From assembly GCA_016840465.1 (NCBI GenBank), contig JAEOSH010000011.1, positions 18,118-50,117 on the forward strand: DNA of 32,000 bases, read 5' to 3'. The DNA is from Candidatus Baldrarchaeum yapensis (lineage in GTDB: Archaea; Asgardarchaeota; Baldrarchaeia; Baldrarchaeales; Baldrarchaeaceae). Made by a program: the position numbers and the translations under genes. Within the stretch, counting starts at the first letter, position 1; the number at the start of each line of letters is the position of its first letter. Shown in pieces: positions 25,729 to 32,000 of this stretch. The notes beneath the pieces are model-generated. The model was not told where the DNA came from. It saw only the letters and a list, made by a program, of their open reading frames with translations, and searched no databases.

Positions 25729-26508
25729 TCAAATAACATATGGCCAGCCCGGCTTACCTCTCTCCTCGGGGCTCTCCTCCTCATCTATTCCTAAAAGGTC
25801 GGACAAGTCTTTAAGCCCACGTATTTTCCTCTCTAATTCTACAAGGTCCAAATTCAGCTCCAGTTTGTCATTCAATAACTCAACTAGTGCTCTCGATGCG
25901 TTAGGATCTAATCTCAGGTTTTCGTGAGTTTCCGCAAGTAGTGCGACCCCATCTATTCCAAATAGCGTCTTGCAGAACACCGGTATTGTTCCATTGGCTC
26001 CGGTTATCGTGCCGCCCTGGTATTTTACTGCATTTCTATGCTCCGAGAAGTATTCTAGGAGTTCATCGGACGTTGCTGCGACGTGGACACGTGGAGTTTT
26101 TGGTATACGAAACATACTGTATGCCGCTAGGGATATTATCAGCTTGCATCCCCAGTTATGGAAAGTTTCCGCGACGAATTTTGTGAACTGATAAAGGCCG
26201 TGAGGGCTAATGGGCTGAGCATCACCGGTGAGGAAAAAGATGTCTCTGTCTTCACCCCGCCATATGAAGAAGGCGCTTCTCAGGAGTTTAGATACCCCGT
26301 TCTTGTTGACTATGACCCACGCGGGGAAATCATACGGGAATACTTCCATAATTTTCTCCGCACCAAGCCCCACTATCAGACTTATCACTGCAAGTTTCCC
26401 AACACGTGCAATTCCCGGCATGCCAACTATTGCGATCGGGTCTCTCAGCGTGGAGGGGTCTATTTCCTTTAGCACTTTGATTCTCATCATACCATCACGC
26501 TCTGTCAC
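25729..26508 (-). CDS. PAC2-family proteasome assembly chaperone
   Basis: DPIAIVGMPGIARVGK, LTGDAQP, ITGANG, LLAET...DPNAS. Confidence 0.88.
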   Translation of the reverse strand: MTERDGMMRIKVLKEIDPSTLRDPIAIVGMPGIARVGKLAVISLIVGLGAEKIMEVFPYDFPAWVIVNKNGVSKLLRSAFFIWRGEDRDIFFLTGDAQPISPHGLYQFTKFVAETFHNWGCKLIISLAAYSMFRIPKTPRVHVAATSDELLEYFSEHRNAVKYQGGTITGANGTIPVFCKTLFGIDGVALLAETHENLRLDPNASRALVELLNDKLELNLDLVELERKIRGLKDLSDLLGIDEEESPEERGKPGWPYVI

Positions 26509-26569
26509 GAGTTAATCATCCCATCATGAATGTTTAATACTATCCTTGGGGGAAGTGATGCTCATTCTT

Positions 26570-27118
26570 TCACTTAAATACGTTTTCGACATGCTTCCGG
26601 AAGGCCTCTGCAAGTTCTTTATTAAATCCTATGAGTACGACCCTCTTTAATGTCGTTCCCTCATCGATGTGGCTCTTTGCTTCCTCGCACATAACCCTCG
26701 CGGCGTCCTCGTATGGAACTCCTCCGACCCCAGTGCCCATTCCGGGGAATGCTATCTCAGTAATATTATTGTCCTTTGCACAATCGAGGGCCGCGCGTGT
26801 CGCTAACCTAACTTTCTCAGTATTCGTGCTCATGGCGGGTCTCTCCATCGTTGGTGCATGTATGACGTACTTAATTTTGGGTAGCTTCCCGGCATGTGTT
26901 ACAATAGCCCTTCCTATAGGCACTGGTGCATGCTTTACTGCTTCCTTCTCGATCTCCTCTCCCCCCTTTCTCCTAATGGCCCCTGCAACCCCACCTCCCA
27001 TTAGCATCTGGCTATTCGCGGGGTTCACTATTGCTTCTACCCCTAGTTCAGTAATGTCACCCTGCCATACTTCCACGGATACACCCTTATACTCACGAGC
27101 CATTATTTTCTCGGGCAT
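26570..27118 (-). CDS. Macro domain protein (ADP-ribose binding/hydrolase)
   Basis: QGDIT, AIVNPAN, GGGVAGAI, VIHAPT, AFPGMGTGVGG. Confidence 0.93.
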   Translation of the reverse strand: MPEKIMAREYKGVSVEVWQGDITELGVEAIVNPANSQMLMGGGVAGAIRRKGGEEIEKEAVKHAPVPIGRAIVTHAGKLPKIKYVIHAPTMERPAMSTNTEKVRLATRAALDCAKDNNITEIAFPGMGTGVGGVPYEDAARVMCEEAKSHIDEGTTLKRVVLIGFNKELAEAFRKHVENVFK

Positions 27119-27348
27119 AACGATCCCCTGAAAACTTTGGCTAACAGTACTTTTAAACTACACTATTGCCCGAATCGGACGTCGTTTGCCATATTTTCTC
27201 AATCGAGAATCACACTTTTAGAATAAAGTACACTATAGTTTATATTCCGGAAATCGTGCTTAGGTAAAATGTACTAGTTGCCATGGCGTGTACTTATATT
27301 TTTTCAGAGGGATTATCAAATGTTTCAAAGATGCCAGAGGGATGGACC

Positions 27349-28602
27349 ATGAGGACGCGTAAACTCTATTACGAGAATCCATATGTGCAGAAATTCGAGG
27401 CAAAAATTGTGAAGATATCCAAGAAAAACGATAAGATTACCATTATTCTGGACAAAACTGCATTTTATCCAGAGGGTGGAGGGCAACCTCATGATACTGG
27501 GGTAATCGAGGGAAGGAATGGCATTGCACACGTGTATAGAGTGTTGGAGGAAAATGGAGAGATACTACATTTCGTCAGTATTGAGGGGAAGTTTGAGGAA
27601 GGCGAAGAGGTTATAGGAAGGGTGGACTGGGAGAGGCGCATTGAGCACATGCGACATCACACGGCGGCGCACATTGTATGGGGAGCCATAAAGAGAGTCT
27701 TGGGGCACGAGGTCAAGGCGGCAGGGTCGGATTTGACGACCAAAAAAGCGCGTCTCGACGTTTTCATCGGTAAAGGAAAGAGAATAACTGCGGAACAAAT
27801 CAGGGAAATTGAAAGGCTAAGCAACCAAGTGATTTTGGAGAATAGGCCAGTAAGAACTTATTTCATAAGTGCAAAGGACGCTCTTGAGAGGTTTCCGGAC
27901 GTTGAGTTGAAGAAGGAAGTGGAGATGGTACGTGTCGTTGAGATCGAAGATTGGGATGTTAACTTCTGTGGGGGGACGCATGTCTCGCGTACGGGCGAAG
28001 TCCTTGCTATAAAAATCTTTAAGAGGGAGCGGATTAGTGAGGGGACGGACAGATTGCTGATTGCTGCCGGGAAATCCGCTCTTTCGATGTTATTTGACGC
28101 CCATAACACATTACAGGAAATATCCGAAATTGCAAAGACAAAGGACGTGAAAAATTGGGTAATTTCCATAAAAAACAAGCTGAAGGATGCTGAGGCAGAG
28201 ATAGAAAAACTTTCATCGAAAATTTACGCATACAAATTGCTAAGGCATTTGGAGCGCATTGAGCGATTTGGAGTGTTAGTAATGGAGGTTGATTGCCCTA
28301 AGAAGTTACTTAGTGAGGTTGCAAGGGCAATTGTGGCAGAGGAGCCAAATGCAATTGTGATTTTAGGAAGAAAGGATGGAGGCGCCGCATTGGTCGGTGC
28401 AGCAGGTAGGAATATTCCTAAATTTGTGAACGTTAGCGAGGTGCTGGGTGAGATTGCAAAGGCAATCGGAGGGAAAACAAAGGGATCGGCGGAATTCGCG
28501 CAGGGAGGAGGTCCTAAGGGTGAGAAATTAAACCAAGCATTAGAAGATGCAAAGAAAATTCTCAAAGCAAAGTTATTAGAGTTCACGAGGCAGCAGCCTT
28601 AA
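27349..28602 (+). CDS. alaX: Alanyl-tRNA editing protein AlaX with C-Ala (DHHA1) domain
   Basis: FYPEGGGQPHDTG, HTAAH, CGGTH zinc motifs, C-terminal GGK..G...FAQGGG. No aminoacylation domain. Start 27331 or 27349. Confidence 0.85.
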   Translation: MRTRKLYYENPYVQKFEAKIVKISKKNDKITIILDKTAFYPEGGGQPHDTGVIEGRNGIAHVYRVLEENGEILHFVSIEGKFEEGEEVIGRVDWERRIEHMRHHTAAHIVWGAIKRVLGHEVKAAGSDLTTKKARLDVFIGKGKRITAEQIREIERLSNQVILENRPVRTYFISAKDALERFPDVELKKEVEMVRVVEIEDWDVNFCGGTHVSRTGEVLAIKIFKRERISEGTDRLLIAAGKSALSMLFDAHNTLQEISEIAKTKDVKNWVISIKNKLKDAEAEIEKLSSKIYAYKLLRHLERIERFGVLVMEVDCPKKLLSEVARAIVAEEPNAIVILGRKDGGAALVGAAGRNIPKFVNVSEVLGEIAKAIGGKTKGSAEFAQGGGPKGEKLNQALEDAKKILKAKLLEFTRQQP

Positions 28603-28870
28603 CGGGTACGTAGAGCCTAGTCCTTCTATTTGCGAACACGAGTTTAACTATGCCTTTCTCCTCGAATTCTTTAAGCAACCTCTTTGCAACGCTGACCCTG
28701 ATATTATACTTCAGCGCGAGGTCGGTTGGCGTCACCACCTTCATGCCCTGGATTTCCTTTTCTATCCTTTCCTTCAGCTCACCAGTTACTAGGATGTCCC
28801 TCACCGTATACTCGTATTCGTAAACCTTTCCAAACTTTTTCTTTTTCTTCCGAACCTGGCGTTGTGCCAT
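28583..28870 (-). CDS. rps25e: 30S ribosomal protein S25e
   Basis: Lys-rich N-terminus; KVVTPTDLALKYNIRVSVAKRLLKEFEEKGIV...LYVP. Confidence 0.88.
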   Translation of the reverse strand: MAQRQVRKKKKKFGKVYEYEYTVRDILVTGELKERIEKEIQGMKVVTPTDLALKYNIRVSVAKRLLKEFEEKGIVKLVFANRRTRLYVPVKAAAS

Positions 28871-28897
28871 GCTATCACCACGTTCACGTTAGTAGGA

Positions 28898-29779
28898 TCA
28901 AGACAGCAAGATGGTTATAAATGTCACGGTGGTAGCGATGACGAGGGAGTTTAAGAGGTTATCATCGATAAGCGTGTCCATCAGGTCCACAAGGGCAAAG
29001 ACCGCCGCCCCCGCAATTGCTGCGATCGGATTTATAAAGAACAGGAGAACAACAAATGTTGAAAGAAGTCCAGCGATGAAGCCCTCCATAGTTTTTCGTG
29101 AGAATTCCATTGCCATCTTCCCCATACGGGAACCAACCACCGCTGCCATGGCGTCACCTATTGCGGCCGCCATCACCGAGGCCACTGCTATGTTCACGGG
29201 GAATGCCATCATTACAAGAGTTGCGGAAACAGCGAAATACGTATGTGGGCCGAATGTCCAATACTCGTTTCTCATCATTGAAAGTCTCGTCAGCCTCCCA
29301 AATGGGGAATACCCTGGGAAGAACATTCGCAGAACATCAAACGTGTAGAAAAATAAAAACGCCGCTAAGACAAGCGCTTTTGCCGCATCTCCACCAAATA
29401 ACAGGTAGATGACGATTATTATTGCACTCAGTCCGTGGAAAAGCTTTCGAAGAAGTTCGCCATGCCTCGTAGTGCTCATTATTTGTCTTCCTAGAAATAT
29501 GCCCACCACGGGGCTTATCAGCCTTTTCTCGACCTCCCTCACGATCAGGAGAAGGACAACGCTGAGGAAGGGGCACACTGCGAGCATGAATATTATGTCA
29601 GGATGGAGATTTAACGGCTTTGACACGTATACGAGTGTGCTTATGATGAGCATAAGAGCACCTGTCATTGTTGTCGAGAGGAACGCGCGCAGATCCTTCA
29701 GTCTAAGCGATATGTACGAGCATAATGCGGTAGGAATAGTTCCAATAGAGATTATCGTTGAGAGAAGAGCGTACCACAT
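28898..29779 (-). CDS. CTP-dependent isoprenoid/lipid kinase (dolichol/phytol kinase family) membrane protein
   Basis: RKLFHG, GDAMAAVVGSRMG, KTMEG, DDNL; multiple TM helices. Confidence 0.8.
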   Translation of the reverse strand: MWYALLSTIISIGTIPTALCSYISLRLKDLRAFLSTTMTGALMLIISTLVYVSKPLNLHPDIIFMLAVCPFLSVVLLLIVREVEKRLISPVVGIFLGRQIMSTTRHGELLRKLFHGLSAIIIVIYLLFGGDAAKALVLAAFLFFYTFDVLRMFFPGYSPFGRLTRLSMMRNEYWTFGPHTYFAVSATLVMMAFPVNIAVASVMAAAIGDAMAAVVGSRMGKMAMEFSRKTMEGFIAGLLSTFVVLLFFINPIAAIAGAAVFALVDLMDTLIDDNLLNSLVIATTVTFITILLS

Positions 29780-29871
29780 CGGTGCCCCCTACTTTTAGCT
29801 TTTCTGGTACGTAAAAAACTTTTACATCAGTGCATTCACAATTTATGAAAAGCGCACAGGTGTACGGGCTC

Positions 29872-30534
29872 ATGGAACACTTAAGAAATATCATTGATAG
29901 GCTCGAAAATGCTTATCCGGAGAGATGGGAGTGGAAGGAAAGAGATCCGTTCAAAATTTTGATTGTGACAATTATTTCTCAAAGGACTAACTGGAAGAAT
30001 GTGGATGCCGCTGTGCAAAGGCTTGAAAGTGAGGTGGGAATATCCCCGGAAACGCTCGCGTCTACTGACGTTGGAAAGATCGCTGAGTGCATCAGAGTTG
30101 CCGGACTTTATAACGAGAAAAGTGAAAAGATAAAGAAAATTGCCCAAGTCGTGCTTGAGGAATACGGCGGAGACCTGAGCAAAATTATATCTATGCCATT
30201 AGATGAGGCCAGAAGGGAACTTCTTAAGCTTCCAGGCATAGGACCCAAGACTGCCGATGTTGTTCTACTGTTTGGCGCAAGAAAACCCGTGTTTCCGGTG
30301 GATACTCATATAACGAGGATCTCGAAAAGATTGGGAATTGTAAGGGAAAATGCAGACTATGAGGAAATCAGGAGAGTTTGGGAGGATGCGCTGCCACCCG
30401 AGAAGTACGCCATCGCACACATCCTCCTCATAATTCACGGAAGGCGTGTGTGTAAGTCTCAAAAACCCAACTGTCAAGAGTGTGTCATTAAGGAGTATTG
30501 TGAGTACTATAAAAGAAAGGAGGGTTCCAGATGA
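29872..30534 (+). CDS. nth: Endonuclease III (HhH-GPD, 4Fe-4S)
   Basis: IISQRT, LPGIGPKTA, VDTH, CKSQKPNCQECVIKEYC. Confidence 0.95.
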   Translation: MEHLRNIIDRLENAYPERWEWKERDPFKILIVTIISQRTNWKNVDAAVQRLESEVGISPETLASTDVGKIAECIRVAGLYNEKSEKIKKIAQVVLEEYGGDLSKIISMPLDEARRELLKLPGIGPKTADVVLLFGARKPVFPVDTHITRISKRLGIVRENADYEEIRRVWEDALPPEKYAIAHILLIIHGRRVCKSQKPNCQECVIKEYCEYYKRKEGSR

Positions 30535-30935
30535 GAGTATTCTCGCGTGAAATTTCGTTTAACACCCGTGGAGAAATAGATATAATTGACATAACTGGTG
30601 AGGTTGAGAAAATTGTTAGAGAGTCAGGAGTCAAGAATGGCATTGCAACAGTATTCATACCGGGCGCAACTGGCGCCATAACAACAATAGAGTACGAGCC
30701 GGGTTTAATAGAGGACTTCAAAGATGCACTAAGAAGACTAATTCCACGAGAAATAAGATATCGTCATCCGGTTAACGGACATAGCCATGTCAGAGCGTCT
30801 CTTCTCGGCCCAAGCGTTACAGTGCCAATAATAGGGGGACATCTGCATCTTGGCACCTGGCAACAGATAGTGTTCATAGAACTTGATACCCGTCCTCGAC
30901 ATCGGCGCGTCATAGTTCAAATAGTGGGCGAATAA
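30531..30935 (+). CDS. YjbQ/UPF0047 family protein
   Basis: DIT, GATGAITTIE, NGHSH, LGTWQ...ELD. Confidence 0.9.
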   Translation: MRVFSREISFNTRGEIDIIDITGEVEKIVRESGVKNGIATVFIPGATGAITTIEYEPGLIEDFKDALRRLIPREIRYRHPVNGHSHVRASLLGPSVTVPIIGGHLHLGTWQQIVFIELDTRPRHRRVIVQIVGE

Positions 30936-31196
30936 CACATCAGGAGATCATCGTCACCGATGGTTTTTATTCACATGCCATATCTGATGCCCCCATCGCA
31001 ATGACGCACGAGAAAACTTTTAAAAGACGACTGGTGCTTCATGTTAGGTAACAACCCAAGGGGACGACCGGTGATGTCCTGCCAATTTCTTTAAACTTCT
31101 GCGGAATCTTGCATGATCCGGGTGTGTTTGTGGACTTAGTTCTCATTCTATACTGTGAAAATCTAAATTCAGGATACTATCTGGGAGGTGCTCCTT

Positions 31197-32000
31197 TTGG
31201 TAAGCGACTCTGCTGAGCATGTAGTACTATATTCTACGGAAAAGGCCGTTATAACGGCGTTTCCAAGGGATAAGAGAGAGGTCACTCCCCAAGAGATAGC
31301 GAGAATTTCCGGAATGCCCGTCGAGAAAGTTCTCTCGACGATAGCATCGCTACAAAGTAAAGGCCTAATAAGGGTTTATGAAAGGACGAAACGTATCGTA
31401 AGGCTCACTGAGGAGGGTAAAGAATACGCGGAGAAAGGATTACCCGAGTACCGCCTTCTTAAGTACTTATCGGAGCGGAAAAGTGTAACTATCGACGAAT
31501 TAGTGAAGAAAGGGGTGCCCGGGCTTGATAGGAAAAGGATCAATATAGCGATTGGCCACCTCAGAAGGAGGGGATTGATCGAAATAGAGAAAGTCGACAA
31601 TAAGAGAGTACTTAGGGTGACAGAACAGGGGCTTAGACTTTCGAAAGAGGTGCCGGAGGAGCAACAGGTCTTAGGCATGATCTTGAAACAAGGGTGGGTT
31701 CCCGCGGAGGAGGTAGATGAAAAAATATTTAAGTCACTTGCCAGCAGAAACCTTGTTATCATCGAAGAGAGGACCGAGAGAATTCTGAAATTGACCGATC
31801 TGGGAGAAAAGGTTGTCAGCGGAAAGATCAAAATACTTGAGGAGGTCACAAGGCTAACAAGGGAACTTATAATTTCGGGTAAGTGGAAAGAGGTGAAGTT
31901 GAGAAAATACGATGTGACGGTGGAGCCCCCGAGAATATACCCCGGAAAGAAGCACCCCTATGTTGAGTTTTTGGAAGAGGTGCGCAGAATTCTGATAGGC
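31197..32000 (+). CDS. pheS: Phenylalanyl-tRNA synthetase alpha subunit (partial, runs off the window)
   Basis: Not in the ORF track. TTG 31197 after GGAGGTG, open to the window end; LTEEGKEYAEKGLPE and SGKWKEVKLRKYDV...GKKHPY. Confidence 0.93.
   Translation, partial: MVSDSAEHVVLYSTEKAVITAFPRDKREVTPQEIARISGMPVEKVLSTIASLQSKGLIRVYERTKRIVRLTEEGKEYAEKGLPEYRLLKYLSERKSVTIDELVKKGVPGLDRKRINIAIGHLRRRGLIEIEKVDNKRVLRVTEQGLRLSKEVPEEQQVLGMILKQGWVPAEEVDEKIFKSLASRNLVIIEERTERILKLTDLGEKVVSGKIKILEEVTRLTRELIISGKWKEVKLRKYDVTVEPPRIYPGKKHPYVEFLEEVRRILIG

Noticed and set aside
31077-31099. Stretch resembling the antisense of the SSU rRNA 905-930 motif (CCTGCCAATTTCTTTAAACTTC)
   Set aside because: The flanking C/D boxes are too degenerate (no CTGA), and a match of this quality is plausible by chance.
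31376-31849. 157-aa minus-strand ORF and the many other antisense/nested ORFs in the track
   Set aside because: They are shadows of well-supported genes on the opposite strand (here pheS) and have no recognisable motifs.
1-32000. CRISPR arrays, IS elements or long tandem repeats
   Set aside because: No regularly spaced repeats, transposase ORFs or terminal inverted repeats were seen by eye.

Overview
Compact archaeal chromosome segment, mostly housekeeping genes with very short or overlapping gene junctions. Evidence for an archaeon: gins23-mcm-hel308, rps25e, archaeal pheS, a BHB-intron tRNA and a C/D sRNA. A Roadblock/LC7 protein, a Rab-like small GTPase and a longin-like protein suggest an Asgard archaeon (inference). 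No CRISPR array, transposase or integrase was seen; the only mobile element is an intein in the class II ribonucleotide reductase. Main observations: (1) a tRNA-Tyr(GUA) gene that appears to carry two introns separated by a 2-nt exon inside the anticodon loop, with folds that imply ordered splicing; (2) a longin + winged-helix + coiled-coil + C-terminal TM protein that is architecturally reminiscent of longin R-SNAREs; (3) an unannotated double-guide C/D sRNA whose guides match two conserved SSU rRNA sites; (4) a single-chain nucleotidyltransferase-HEPN fusion just 3' of the tRNA. Family calls come from motif recognition by eye, not from database searches.
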